DNA of 63,373 bases, the filler included, from Archaeoglobus sp. JdFR-37 (GTDB lineage: Archaea > Halobacteriota > Archaeoglobi > Archaeoglobales > Archaeoglobaceae), in the NCBI GenBank assembly GCA_002010215.1. It is 3 parts of 3 records of this genome, joined end to end, with 100 filler letters (N's around TTAATTAATTAA, not from the genome) between each part and the next. Parts side by side here need not be neighbours in the genome. Positions count along the whole stretch, not along the records: positions 1 to 24,452 come from MTMY01000012.1; 2 more parts are not named here. The stretch is one strand, 5' to 3'. Position 1 is the stretch's first letter. Every line of letters begins with the position of its first letter. The notes under the pieces were generated by a model, which saw nothing but the letters and a program-made list of their open reading frames with translations, was not told the origin of the DNA and searched no databases. A program made the translations under genes and the position numbers. Positions 1-11,424 of the stretch are shown here, one piece after another.

Positions 1-30
1 GGAGAAAGAAGCTGGAGGAGTTGAGAGAAG

Positions 31-393
31 ATGATGAAGCAAACCCATGAGATTCCGGATGTGCTATATAGAATTGCAGCTGCAAGTGTGGTCATGAGTG
101 GCAGAGATTTTGCCAACTTCGACCAGTTTGAACCATCCGAAACCGGAGTAGTATTGGCGAGAATTAGAATAAAGAGAGATATTTACGAAGAGCTGAAGAA
201 ACAGGGCCTGGACATAAACGTCGTCGTTAATCGTCTGCTGGAGAACTTCATCATCGCTTACCGTGCATTTTGGGGAAGCTACACAGAAGAAGTTATGCTC
301 CGGCCGGGATTTGAACCCGGGTCGCCGGCTCGAAAGGCCGGAATGATTGGCCGGGCTACACCACCGGAGCCTGCTCTGGGCATGCCGGAATGA
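31..393 (+). CDS. Probable N-terminal fragment Int(N) of an SSV-type split tyrosine integrase, with an RHH-like segment, reading antisense through tRNA-Glu
   Basis: RIRIKRDIYEELKKQGLDINVVVNRLLENF resembles a ribbon-helix-helix; the ORF enters the tRNA from its 3' end (MLRPGFEPG); GGAGGAG SD at 14-20; alternative start at 94. Confidence 0.5.
   Translation: MMKQTHEIPDVLYRIAAASVVMSGRDFANFDQFEPSETGVVLARIRIKRDIYEELKKQGLDINVVVNRLLENFIIAYRAFWGSYTEEVMLRPGFEPGSPARKAGMIGRATPPEPALGMPE
296..370 (-). tRNA. tRNA-Glu (TTC)
   Basis: Reverse complement GCTCCGG...CCGGC-CT-TTC-GA-GCCGG...GGTTCAAATCC...CCGGAGC-A forms a cloverleaf; no intron, CCA not encoded. Confidence 0.97.
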
Positions 394-635
394 GTTTATA
401 TTTTTTTTGCTGAAGTTGTAATGATATCGTGTCTTGGAATTTGCTCATGTAGCACACTTAAAATTAGAGTCGTCATCCTTGTTACTCTCTTGTTCTCTTG
501 TCTGGATCTATTGCAAAATCCTGTTACAGTGTATAGCGTCGAAGGGATGGGAGGAGTGATGCCTCTCTCTAATACTCTAAAGAATAGTTTTTTAATCCTT
601 ATTTTACGCCTAGTTCCTCATGAGAAGAATATGGC

Positions 636-710
<75 letters not shown>

Positions 711-852
711 AAGCTTCGCAAGCTTCGTTTTCTCTGCCCTTTTCTCGCCCGCTTCAGTTTTTAAGGGTTGTGGTATTTTAAATATTCTGGAATTTCTGAA
801 GTTTTTAGATTGGGTTTGGAGTATGGTTTTTGGTCAGAGTACAGATTTTTAG

Positions 853-1833
<981 letters not shown>

Positions 1834-1837
1834 TAGG

Positions 1838-2296
1838 ATGCAACTCACAATAAGCAAGATTAAGGATGGTACCGTCATTGACCACATAAACTCTGGAATG
1901 GCCCTTATGGTTTTAAGGATACTCGGTATCTCCAGCGGAACAAAAGAGCCGGTTTCAATGGCCATGAATGTGCCCAGTAAGAAGATGGGGAAAAAGGACA
2001 TTGTTAAGGTTGAAGGCAAGTTCATAAATGAGGACGAACTCAACAGGATTGCCCTGATCGCTCCAGGAGCCACCATAAATCTTATCGAGAATTACGAGAT
2101 AAGGAAGAAGTTCAGGGTCGTTCTTCCAGGATTTGTTGAGGGAATAATCAAATGCCCCAACTCCAACTGTATATCAAATGCAGAAAGAGAGCCTATAAGG
2201 TCCAAATTCCACGTGTCAAAGGAAGGAGAGGCGATAGTAGCGAGATGCCACTACTGTGGAAGGAAACTCAGGAGTGTGGAGGACTTTATCGCCTGA
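1838..2296 (+). CDS. pyrI: Aspartate carbamoyltransferase regulatory subunit
   Basis: GTVIDHI motif; Zn site CPNSNC...CHYC; directly follows pyrB. Confidence 0.97.
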   Translation: MQLTISKIKDGTVIDHINSGMALMVLRILGISSGTKEPVSMAMNVPSKKMGKKDIVKVEGKFINEDELNRIALIAPGATINLIENYEIRKKFRVVLPGFVEGIIKCPNSNCISNAEREPIRSKFHVSKEGEAIVARCHYCGRKLRSVEDFIA

Positions 2297-2330
2297 GTTT
2301 TATCGCCTGGTAGGTTTAAAGGTGTTGGAA

Positions 2331-2828
2331 ATGTGGAAAAAAATAAGGGATAAGTTTGAGAGGTATCCTTCTCAGATAGCTGTGGCAAAGGAGTTTCTAA
2401 GGCTTGGAATCTCTGTCAAGAATGGTAAGGCCTATTGCGGAGAAATTGAGCTTGTGCCAACTAAAATTGCAGAAGCAATAGGTGTCGACAGGAAAGTTGT
2501 GGTCATGGCCATTCAGAACATAGAAAGCGATGAGGAGCTAAGAAAGGTTTTCTCAAGCCTCAGACCTGTGGCAAACATCGCAGACATTGCCCGCATTTTA
2601 GGCTTTGGTGTACTGGAGGTGTATGCTGAGAGCACGAAGGTTGGTATTGTGGCTGGCATAACATCCATTCTCGCCCAGGAGGGTATATCTATCAGATACA
2701 TTTTGGCTGAAGACCCGGAGCTGAGCGTTGAGAGCAAGCTTACTGTAGTTACTGAGGAAAAAATCCCTGGGAAACTGGTGGATGAATTTCTGAAGGTTGA
2801 TGGGGTTGAAAAAATTGTGATAAGCTGA
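2331..2828 (+). CDS. ACT-domain amino-acid-binding regulator (archaeal COG2150-like)
   Basis: MWKKIRDKFERYPSQ...GVDRKVV N-terminus and C-terminal ACT fold (GIVAGITSILAQEGISI). Confidence 0.85.
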   Translation: MWKKIRDKFERYPSQIAVAKEFLRLGISVKNGKAYCGEIELVPTKIAEAIGVDRKVVVMAIQNIESDEELRKVFSSLRPVANIADIARILGFGVLEVYAESTKVGIVAGITSILAQEGISIRYILAEDPELSVESKLTVVTEEKIPGKLVDEFLKVDGVEKIVIS

Positions 2829-2857
2829 TCTCAGATTACTGGATTTCAGATTATTGT

Positions 2858-3202
2858 TCAGATTTTGTCCACTTTTGACTCCTCCACCCTTTCTATCTCT
2901 CCCTCCTGAGATATTTCAAGAGGTCTTCCTTCCATTATAGCCCTAATGATTTTGGCTCTTGCAGACTTGACGAGCCTCCATACTGTCCCTCTTGATGTCC
3001 CCATTTTTTCTGCAGCATCTTCGTAGCTCAGATTCTCTAAATCAACAAATCTTACAGCCTCCAGTTCGGGAAAATTTAGTACGACTGACTCTTCACTAAG
3101 CATAGGCTCTGGGACGAATCTTCTAATAGCTGGCAGGGTATGAATAAGGATGTCAGCAGAAGGTCTCCCTCTTCTTTTTCCTCGCTTCCACCTCCACCTC
3201 AT
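2858..3202 (-). CDS. DUF134 family putative DNA-binding protein
   Basis: RGRP...F.P...ELEAVRFVDLENLSYEDAAEKMGTSRGT HTH signature. Confidence 0.88.
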   Translation of the reverse strand: MRWRWKRGKRRGRPSADILIHTLPAIRRFVPEPMLSEESVVLNFPELEAVRFVDLENLSYEDAAEKMGTSRGTVWRLVKSARAKIIRAIMEGRPLEISQEGEIERVEESKVDKI

Positions 3203-3274
3203 TTTTTGTGCTATGTCACAAAATTTATATATGTGTTTCGCCAATATGTGATATATCACAAAAAGGTGGTAGGA

Positions 3275-3463
3275 ATGAGTTGCAGATACGGGTATGGTAG
3301 GAGGTTGCAGGAGACACAGGAAAGGATGCCGGGGAGAGTGCGGGAGAGAGTGTGGAAAAGGAATTGCTGGAAGGCTGGAATTTTAGAGAGGATCGAAAAA
3401 GAAATTGGAGAAATAAGAGCTGTACTGGAGAGTATTCACCAAACCCTGAAAGCTGAGCAGTAG
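3275..3463 (+). CDS. Small basic coiled-coil hypothetical protein
   Basis: SD AGGTGG before ATG 3275; MSCRYGYGRR...LERIEKEIGEIRAVLE; lies between DUF134 and NifX-family genes. Confidence 0.55.
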   Translation: MSCRYGYGRRLQETQERMPGRVRERVWKRNCWKAGILERIEKEIGEIRAVLESIHQTLKAEQ

Positions 3464-3483
3464 TGAAGTGGAGGTGAGGAGAG

Positions 3484-3834
3484 GTGGTGAAGATGGCTTT
3501 CCCTACTGATGATGGTGTTACGATCTCCAGACATTTTGGAAGGGCAAAGTATCTTCTTATCGCTGAGCTTGGCAGCACTTGGAGAAAACTGACTATTCTG
3601 GAACAAAGAGGACATAGACTGGCGAGAACTCTGAAAAATGAAGGAGTTGAAGAAATCACATGTCGCAATATGGGCGCTGGAATGTTTAAGTGGTTGGGAG
3701 AATTTGGTATCAAGGTAATTTACACAGATAAGACGGAAATAGACAGCGTTATTAGAGATACGGCCACCGCTAGTTTACCACTTCTCCCTCCAGAAAGTGG
3801 GGATAAAAAGGCTTATGACTGCAAACAGCTCTAG
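3484..3834 (+). CDS. NifB/NifX (dinitrogenase FeMo-cofactor) family protein; 3' end overlaps trkH
   Basis: AFPTDDGVTISRHFGRA and MGAG motifs. Confidence 0.85.
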   Translation: MVKMAFPTDDGVTISRHFGRAKYLLIAELGSTWRKLTILEQRGHRLARTLKNEGVEEITCRNMGAGMFKWLGEFGIKVIYTDKTEIDSVIRDTATASLPLLPPESGDKKAYDCKQL

Positions 3835-5208
3835 CCTCCCCATCCACATATCTATTGAGAGAATTAGTTTGGCAAACCATGGAAGGGCTGAATAGGTCTC
3901 TGAAGCTCCTGCAGCCCCTAAAGCCGGACCCACGTTGTTTATGGTGGCAGCTACAGCTGAAATTGAGGTTATCATATCTAGACCGGAAATGGAGACGAGG
4001 AAAACCGAAATAACAAAAATGACGATGTAAAGGACGAAGAAAGCTGCCACCTCATCCAGTAGCTCGCTTTTAATAACTTCTCCACCGAATTTTACAACCC
4101 TCGCCCTCCTGGGCTCTGCTGCTTTTTGTATCTGGATGATGGAGTAAATTGTGAGTAGGTACATTCTTCCAGCCTTGATGCCACCAGCAGTTGAACCGCT
4201 ACTCCCGCCAACGAACATGAGAATGAGTAGAACTAGCTTGGCCGAATCATTCCAGGTATCGAAATCGTATGTGGTATAGCCGGTAGTGGTCATGATTGCA
4301 ACAGCCTGAAAGACAGAGTAGCGAATCGACTCAATGATAGATGAATAGGTATCGAGATTCAGGATAGCTAGAACTAGGACTGCCATGGAGAGTATGAAAG
4401 CATAAACCCTGAATTCTGCATCTCTGATTATTCTGAAATTTCCGCGAAGCAGGAAGTAGAGAAGGGCGAAGTTGGCACCTCCGATGAACATGAAGAGTGT
4501 TATTACACTTTCCACGGCGGGATTGTTGTAATAGGATATGCTTTGGGTGTGGGTTGAGAAACCGCCTGTTGAGAGGGTTGTGAAAGCATGGTTGATGGCG
4601 TCATAAAAATCGAGGCCAAGGATGTATAGAAGGGATATTTCAAGAACCGTAAAAACGAAATAGGCAGTATAGAGGAGTATCGCAGTATCTTTTAGCTTCG
4701 GCTTGAGCTTGCTGAGCCTGATGCCGGGTACTTCTGCATGGAGCAGGGGTTCACCCATTTTGGCTATAGCAGGGAATATAGCCACGAAGAGGACGACTAT
4801 ACCCATTCCTCCCAGCCACTGGGTTAAGCTTCTCCACAATAGAATTGATCTCGGTAAATCTTCAACTGTATCAAAAATTGTAGCTCCAGTGGTTGTGAAA
4901 CCCGACATGGCTTCAAAAAAGGCGTCAAGAGGACTTACGCCAATGTACATGTAAGGTAATGCTCCAATTATGGACACGATCAGCCAGCCAAGGCCTACTA
5001 TAGCATAACCTTCCCTGTATTTCACAACTTCGCTCTCAGGTTTCATTATGCTCAAAATTAATCCTACAGTAAAGCTTGTTGCAGCAGCAATCAGGAAAGG
5101 GAGTAAATTTTCACCATAATAGGCGGCAGTTGCTATTGGAACGGAAAATATCAGAGAAAAGTAGATGCATATTCTGCCAAGAAGGTTCAAGACCAGAGGT
5201 ACGTTCAT
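3775..5208 (-). CDS. trkH: Trk potassium uptake membrane protein
   Basis: SGFTTTG, STGGF, TTTGY, GGSSGSTAGGIK and NNVGP pore-loop motifs. Confidence 0.96.
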   Translation of the reverse strand: MNVPLVLNLLGRICIYFSLIFSVPIATAAYYGENLLPFLIAAATSFTVGLILSIMKPESEVVKYREGYAIVGLGWLIVSIIGALPYMYIGVSPLDAFFEAMSGFTTTGATIFDTVEDLPRSILLWRSLTQWLGGMGIVVLFVAIFPAIAKMGEPLLHAEVPGIRLSKLKPKLKDTAILLYTAYFVFTVLEISLLYILGLDFYDAINHAFTTLSTGGFSTHTQSISYYNNPAVESVITLFMFIGGANFALLYFLLRGNFRIIRDAEFRVYAFILSMAVLVLAILNLDTYSSIIESIRYSVFQAVAIMTTTGYTTYDFDTWNDSAKLVLLILMFVGGSSGSTAGGIKAGRMYLLTIYSIIQIQKAAEPRRARVVKFGGEVIKSELLDEVAAFFVLYIVIFVISVFLVSISGLDMITSISAVAATINNVGPALGAAGASETYSALPWFAKLILSIDMWMGRLELFAVISLFIPTFWREKW

Positions 5209-5224
5209 GCTACCAGTCCTTCTA

Positions 5225-6541
5225 TCAGTCCTTCAGGGCTTTTTCAACGCTATCTATCTCACCCCAAGTTGTGATGACTAGCAGTTTATCTCCTGCTTGG
5301 ATCTTCGTATCTCCTTTGGGTATTAGGCAGTCATCTCCCCTCAATATTGCTCCTATTATTGCCCCTTTAGGCATTTTTAGCTCTCTGATCATTTTTCCGG
5401 AGAGTTTTTCTCTCACCTCGATCTCCAGAACTGCCGCCTCTCCCTTCCCTATCTCTGCTATCGTGTGAACATTCATGAGGTGGAGGTGCTTCATAACTTC
5501 ATTATACGTGATTCTTCGAGGTGATAAGGCAACGTCAACCCCCACTTTTTCAAAGAGCTTGACATACATCCCTCTGTCAACCTTGACAATGGCTTTTCTG
5601 GCTCCGAGACTTTTTGCAAGGAGGGAGACTAGGAGGTTCTTCTCATCGCTGTCTGTGGTTGCTATTACCACGTCGCTCTTCCCGATCTCCTCTTCCACCA
5701 GTAAATCTAGGTCTGTTGCATCGCCAATAATCACCTTCGTCCTCCTCAGGACAGAACAAAGGGTCTCGCAGACTGAAGGACAGGAGTCTATCAGCTTGAT
5801 ATGTATGTTGCTTCTGTCCAGAAGTCTTGCGATGTAGCCGCCGACGGTTCCACCACCGAATATCACCACATTCCTTGCAACCTGCTCACCAAAAATCCCC
5901 CTGATCCTAGAAAGGTCTTCCATTGTTCCAACAATTGCAAGCCTGTCTCCTTCTTTGAGAACTGTCTCACCTTTGGGGACTATCAGCTCCCCGTTTCGGT
6001 ATATTGCCGTTATTATCACATTTCCAGGCAGATGGAGCTCTGAGATTCTTTTTCCTGCAACTCCTGAGCGGGAAGTGATGGAGATTTCCACCATATCAAT
6101 TTTACCGCCGCTGAATGTGACAAAATCCACCGCTCCGGGAATTGTTATCAGATTGACAATTTCACTTGCTAAAGCCAGTTGAGGGCATATGAGGAGGTCG
6201 TACCCGATGGGGTGATCCATAACGATCGGCTTATCGACATATTCGGGATTGCCAACGCGTATGATTGTCTTTTTTGCCCCCAGCTTTTTTGCAGCCAGAC
6301 CTGCAAGCAGATTTACCTCATCATCTCCCGTAACTCCTAGGAAAATATCGGCTTCATCAATTTTCGCTCGCCTTAAGATGTCGATGTTGGCGGCATTACC
6401 CTCAATAACTTCCACGTTGAGTTTGGATATATCGTTTATCTTTTTCTCATCGTTCTCTATAACGTAAACATCATGAGCATAAGCTAAATCCTTTGCAATA
6501 TTAAAGCCAACTTCGCCAGCTCCGGCGATGACTATTTGCAT
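5225..6541 (-). CDS. trkA: Trk system NAD-binding subunit
   Basis: Two RCK-N/RCK-C repeats (GAGEVG, GGGTVG); upstream of trkH. Confidence 0.95.
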   Translation of the reverse strand: MQIVIAGAGEVGFNIAKDLAYAHDVYVIENDEKKINDISKLNVEVIEGNAANIDILRRAKIDEADIFLGVTGDDEVNLLAGLAAKKLGAKKTIIRVGNPEYVDKPIVMDHPIGYDLLICPQLALASEIVNLITIPGAVDFVTFSGGKIDMVEISITSRSGVAGKRISELHLPGNVIITAIYRNGELIVPKGETVLKEGDRLAIVGTMEDLSRIRGIFGEQVARNVVIFGGGTVGGYIARLLDRSNIHIKLIDSCPSVCETLCSVLRRTKVIIGDATDLDLLVEEEIGKSDVVIATTDSDEKNLLVSLLAKSLGARKAIVKVDRGMYVKLFEKVGVDVALSPRRITYNEVMKHLHLMNVHTIAEIGKGEAAVLEIEVREKLSGKMIRELKMPKGAIIGAILRGDDCLIPKGDTKIQAGDKLLVITTWGEIDSVEKALKD

Positions 6542-6564
6542 TGCAACTTCCAACTCCTATTCTA

Positions 6565-7350
6565 TTAATTTTTCTTTCGGTAAGTAACCGATGAGATCAC
6601 AATACTTAGCTCATACATGGCCACAACCAGAATCAGCACAATAAGTTGAGACAGGCCGGTTATATCCATGGTGAGGTTTGTTGCTAGAATGAAGACACCA
6701 GCGTAAACGAGAAGCCTTTTGCCTTTGAGCCAGTTCGGATCAATCATTCCTAGTCGAGAAGCAATGGCTGCTACGACTGGGATTTGAAACACTAGGCCAA
6801 AAGAGATAAAGATCCTGACGGCATTTCCAAGGGTTTTTTTGACAGAAAGCATGGGCTCTGCTCCAAGATATTCCTGGACTGCGAAGCTGTAGAGCTTTGG
6901 AATGACGATGAAATATGCTAAGGCGGTACCTAGGAGGAAAAGGAGGTAGGAAAAGGGAATGAAGGTTTTGACGAATTTTCTTTCGTGTTCATAGAGGCCG
7001 GGCTTTGCAAAGAGGTAGAGTTCGTAAACGATGTGAGGATAGGCGATGAAGAAGGCGGAGGCGATGGAGAAGTAGATTCGGGCAGCCATCCACTCCGTTG
7101 GGGTAAACGTTACGATATCCATGGGCTCTCTGAACAGCCCCCCCCAGAACAAACTTATGAGTTCGGAGGACTTGAAGAAAATTACTGCTGACAGTAAAGA
7201 GAGGACCGTCATGGCTCTGATGAGTCTGTATCTGAGCTCAGCGATGTGTTCCCGCAACTCCATCTCCCTGTCTTCTGGAGGTTCTCTTGTTCCCGAGGTT
7301 CCTGAAGTTTCCGAGCTTCCCGAGCTTCCCGGGTTCTCTTGCGCTCCCAC
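6565..7350 (-). CDS. tatC: Twin-arginine translocase subunit TatC
   Basis: ELREHIAELRYRL, FAKPGLYEHER and FGLVFQIP motifs; start uncertain. Confidence 0.93.
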   Translation of the reverse strand: MGAQENPGSSGSSETSGTSGTREPPEDREMELREHIAELRYRLIRAMTVLSLLSAVIFFKSSELISLFWGGLFREPMDIVTFTPTEWMAARIYFSIASAFFIAYPHIVYELYLFAKPGLYEHERKFVKTFIPFSYLLFLLGTALAYFIVIPKLYSFAVQEYLGAEPMLSVKKTLGNAVRIFISFGLVFQIPVVAAIASRLGMIDPNWLKGKRLLVYAGVFILATNLTMDITGLSQLIVLILVVAMYELSIVISSVTYRKKN

Positions 7351-7737
7351 AAAGTAGAGGCTACGTTATGCATTTTTAGGTTTTTGTGTTTTGGTTGAGG
7401 TGTTGACATCGGTAGGGTTAAGTTAGCTCCTTAGCGGTGGTAAAACTCTGGACTTTTAGGGTTTCATCTATGAACGGTATTCGGCTAATCATGCTCTATT
7501 GATGGAATCCATGAAAACGATTACCTCTTTTTCCTCTTCTTAACTAACTCAAACATCCACCCACCCCTCCTTTTAATTACTGCCTCAACCTCCACATCCA
7601 TGCATCCATTCAATTCAAACTTCTCCAAATCCCCCAAGATCATACACTCCTCAATTTTACATAATCTGTTGAGATTCTGCAAGTGAAACACCGGTTCAAA
7701 TCACAAATTATTTATGAAAATTCGTGAAGGAGCGGGC

Positions 7738-9015
7738 ATGAAGGAAGTAGTCATTGTTGGAGGCGTCAGAACCCCTGTTGGGAGGTTTGGAGGCTCTCTG
7801 AAGGATGTTCATGCTTATGAGCTTGGTGCCATAGCCATAGGAGGATTGCTGAAAAAGCTTGAAATAACACCTGTGAGGACTTCTGAAGACCTCGAGTTTT
7901 GTCCATCAAAGCTTCCCAAGGGGGAAATAGCTCTTGAAAAAGATCATTATGACCACGAGGGAGAAATTGAGCTGAAGATCGATGAAGTTGTTATGGGCAA
8001 CGTCATTCAGGCTGCACAAGGGCAGAATCCCGCCAGGCAGGCGTCAATTTTTGCAGGAGTGCCGAAGGAAACTCCAGCATTTACTCTGAACAAGGTCTGC
8101 GGTAGCGGTCTTAAAGCCATTGCAGAGGCCGCTTCAAGCGTACTGGCAGGGCAGAGCACCGCTGTGATTGCCGGAGGAATGGAGAACATGAGCGACTCGC
8201 CCTACGTCCTCAAGAAGGCAAGATGGGGCTACAGGATGTTCAATGACGAGATTGTGGACATCATGGTTTACGATGGCCTCTGGGAGAAGTTCTATGGCTA
8301 CCACATGGGTATCACTGCTGAAAACATTGCAGAGCTTTACGGAATCAGCAGGGAAGAGCAGGACAGGCTGGCTTATGAGAGTCACATGAGGGCTGTAAGA
8401 GCAATTGACGATGACAGGTTCAAAGAGGAAATAATCCCGGTTGAGGTGAAGCAGAAAAAAGGCGTCACTGTGGTTGATACTGACGAGCACCCCCGCAGAG
8501 ACACGAGTCTTGAAAAGCTTGCAAAGCTCCCGCCGGTGTTCAAAGAGGGAGGGACGGTAACGGCAGGGAATGCAAGTGGAATTAACGATGGTGCCGCTGC
8601 TCTTCTCCTGATGGAGAGGAAGGCTGCCGAAGATATTGGCTTGGAACCCAAACTCAGGATTCTCAGCTACGCTTCAGCGGGAGTTGACCCGGCGTACATG
8701 GGTCTTGGTCCAATTCCAGCCATAAGGAAAGCGTTGAAGAGAGCTGAGCTGAGCCTTGACGACATTGACATCATAGAGCTCAACGAAGCTTTCGCTGCCC
8801 AGGCTCTTGGAGTCATCAAGGAACTAGAGCTGGATACGGACAGAGTTAATGTGAATGGCAGTGGAATCAGCTTGGGACACCCAATTGGGGCAACTGGAGC
8901 TAGGATAACTGTAACGCTATTGCATGAGATGGAGAGAAGGAAGGCGAACTACGGCATGGCCAGCCTCTGCATTGGAGGAGGCATGGGTATAGCAATGGTT
9001 TTTGAGAGAGTTTGA
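7738..9015 (+). CDS. Acetyl-CoA C-acetyltransferase (thiolase)
   Basis: [20 protein letters not shown] and LCIGGGMG catalytic motifs. Confidence 0.97.
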   Translation: MKEVVIVGGVRTPVGRFGGSLKDVHAYELGAIAIGGLLKKLEITPVRTSEDLEFCPSKLPKGEIALEKDHYDHEGEIELKIDEVVMGNVIQAAQGQNPARQASIFAGVPKETPAFTLNKVCGSGLKAIAEAASSVLAGQSTAVIAGGMENMSDSPYVLKKARWGYRMFNDEIVDIMVYDGLWEKFYGYHMGITAENIAELYGISREEQDRLAYESHMRAVRAIDDDRFKEEIIPVEVKQKKGVTVVDTDEHPRRDTSLEKLAKLPPVFKEGGTVTAGNASGINDGAAALLLMERKAAEDIGLEPKLRILSYASAGVDPAYMGLGPIPAIRKALKRAELSLDDIDIIELNEAFAAQALGVIKELELDTDRVNVNGSGISLGHPIGATGARITVTLLHEMERRKANYGMASLCIGGGMGIAMVFERV

Positions 9016-9176
9016 TTTTTTATTTTTGTTATTTCTCAATTAACCTTTTTTATTTCATCAATTTTTATCCCTTCCATACGTCCCCTCCACCGTCCCTGAG
9101 CTTCAACGGGTAAAGGCTCCCCCATTACCTGAAATTTTTTATTCTCCACCTCTGACATCACATTCAGGTGACCTTC

Positions 9177-10046
9177 ATGCTCAGATACGACGAACCGGTT
9201 TTCCGCCCTCCAAGCGAGGCCAGAAGCCTGATAATCCAGGCGACCATAGGATGCTCCCATAACCGCTGTACCTTCTGTGGAAGCTACAGGATGAAGAAGT
9301 TCAAGGAAAAGGGTATTGAGGAAATTAGAGAAGATATGATTATTGCCAGACGAATTTTTGGCGAGGTGAAGAGAATTTTCCTGGCCGATGGGAATGCCTT
9401 TACAATGGATTCAGAAAAGCTGCTGGAAATTATCAGAATTGCAAAGGAAGTCTTTCCCGAGCTTGAGAGAGTCTCGGCATATGCCTGTCCAGCTGATATT
9501 CTAAACAAGTCCCCTCAGGAAATCAAGATGCTGACAGAATCTGGCTTGAATCTCCTCTATATGGGTGTCGAAACCGGCCACGATGGGTTGCTAAATGAGA
9601 TAAAAAAGGGCGTTGACGCTCAGGAAATGGTGGAAGCAGGCAGAAAGGCCATTGAAAACGGGATGAAACTTTCTGTTACGGTTATAACTGGACTTGGCGG
9701 AAAAGAACTATCGTACGATCACGCTAAAGAAACAGCAGAGGTTCTGAATCAAATGAAGCCACACTTTACTGCAGCACTGACACTCATTCTCGTTCCCGGA
9801 ACCCCTCTTCACAGAAAGTATGAAAGAGGCGAATTTCACCCGCTGAACCCACTGGAAACGCTTCAGGAGCTAAGATGGATGGTGGAGGATCTGAATTACC
9901 CAACTGTCTTCCGGTGCAACCACGCATCCAACTATCTGCCCCTGAAAGGAAATCTGCCAGAGGATAAGGAAAGACTGCTTTCAACTTTAGACTACGGTAT
10001 GGCTCATCCAGAACTTCTGAGGCCTGAGTTCTTGAGGGGCCTTTAG
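9177..10046 (+). CDS. Radical SAM protein of unknown function
   Basis: CSHNRCTFC (CX3CX2C), FRPPSE N-terminus, FLADG, NHASNY. Confidence 0.92.
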   Translation: MLRYDEPVFRPPSEARSLIIQATIGCSHNRCTFCGSYRMKKFKEKGIEEIREDMIIARRIFGEVKRIFLADGNAFTMDSEKLLEIIRIAKEVFPELERVSAYACPADILNKSPQEIKMLTESGLNLLYMGVETGHDGLLNEIKKGVDAQEMVEAGRKAIENGMKLSVTVITGLGGKELSYDHAKETAEVLNQMKPHFTAALTLILVPGTPLHRKYERGEFHPLNPLETLQELRWMVEDLNYPTVFRCNHASNYLPLKGNLPEDKERLLSTLDYGMAHPELLRPEFLRGL

Positions 10047-10099
10047 CTGCTGTTTGGTTAATCTTTGTCTGTAAAACTGCTTCCCAATCTCACAACCCC

Positions 10100-11251
10100 T
10101 TAACTCCTCACACCAAGCATCCTCCTGCCAATCAGCCACTTTTCAATCTCTTTCGTCCCCTCATAAATCTCCAGGGCCTTCACATCCCTGTAAAATCTTG
10201 AAATCTTGTATTCGCTGAAGTAGCCGTATCCACCGTGGATTTGCAGAGCCTCATCTGTTACCTCTACAGCAATCTTTGCCGCATACCACTTTGCCATGGC
10301 GGAAAGCTCAGGACTAACCTTTCCTCTGTCTATTGCTGCTGCGGCTCTGTATGTGAGGCTTCTTGCAGCCTCAATTTTAGTGGCCATATCCGCTATTTTG
10401 AACTGAATGGCCTGAAAATGAGAAATTGCCTGTTCAAATGCAGTTCTTTCCTTCGCATAGCTGATTGCCAGCTCCAGAGCACCCTGAGCAGCACCAACTG
10501 CCTGAGCAGCTACCCATGTGCGGCTTCTGTTGAAGAAGTCCATGATGTGGTAAAATCCCCTCCCTCTTTCTCCCATCAGATTCTCATCTGGAACATGCAC
10601 GTCATCAAAATGAATTTCGGCGGTATCACTTGCCCGCATACCCAGCTTTCCCGTCAACTTCCTTCTGCTGACTCCGTCGGTGTTCAGGTCAACCAGAAAA
10701 GTGCTAAACCTCTTATGCCTCTCACCATGCTCTTCTGTTCTGCACAGGATTATAGCGTAATCAGCAATACTTCCGTTGGTGGAAAAAGTCTTGGTGCCAT
10801 TGATTACCCAGTAATTACCTTCTTTCTTCGCTGTAGTCCTTATTCCGGCAACATCGCTTCCTGCATGGGGTTCAGTAATCATAATGGCCATTATAGCCTT
10901 GCCTTTGGGTAAAGGGGGCAGAAACTGGCTTTTCTGTTCATCACTACCATTCAAAATAAGGGTTTCTGAACCGATAGTAGTACCCAATGCAGCAAATCCG
11001 CATCCCGGATCCACTCTGTGGAATTCCTCCCAGATGAGAGCATTTTCAAGATATCCAAGCCCTTGCCCGTCAAATTCCTCATCAATGAAAACCCCCACAA
11101 AACCCAGTTTGCAGGCATCTTTCCATAACTTCCAGGGAAACTCTTCCTTTTCGTCACATTCCTTGGAATATTTTGGTATCTCTTTCTCAGCAAATTCTCT
11201 TGCCGCATTTTTAATGTCGAGTTGTTCAGGAGTCAATTCTGTCGGTAGCAT
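10100..11251 (-). CDS. Acyl-CoA dehydrogenase
   Basis: ITEPHAGSD, KLGMRASDT, QIHGGYG and IYEGT motifs. Confidence 0.96.
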   Translation of the reverse strand: MLPTELTPEQLDIKNAAREFAEKEIPKYSKECDEKEEFPWKLWKDACKLGFVGVFIDEEFDGQGLGYLENALIWEEFHRVDPGCGFAALGTTIGSETLILNGSDEQKSQFLPPLPKGKAIMAIMITEPHAGSDVAGIRTTAKKEGNYWVINGTKTFSTNGSIADYAIILCRTEEHGERHKRFSTFLVDLNTDGVSRRKLTGKLGMRASDTAEIHFDDVHVPDENLMGERGRGFYHIMDFFNRSRTWVAAQAVGAAQGALELAISYAKERTAFEQAISHFQAIQFKIADMATKIEAARSLTYRAAAAIDRGKVSPELSAMAKWYAAKIAVEVTDEALQIHGGYGYFSEYKISRFYRDVKALEIYEGTKEIEKWLIGRRMLGVRS

Positions 11252-11424
11252 GGTAATCCATGTATATGAAACCATATATTGTTTTTGAGGAATTAATTAG
11301 CATTAATTAGAGACAAGCCAAGTTGAGTACAAAAGCCAATCCTTAAGTTTTCTTGTTTCAAACAATGAAATGATTTAAAATGCAAGATAATAAACGAGGA
11401 ACAATCTCAGCAGGAGGTGAACTC

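Noticed and set aside
7289..7333. 9-nt repeats encoding GSSGSSETSGTSGT at the TatC N-terminus
   Set aside because: Ordinary low-complexity slippage in a disordered tail; the start codon is also uncertain.
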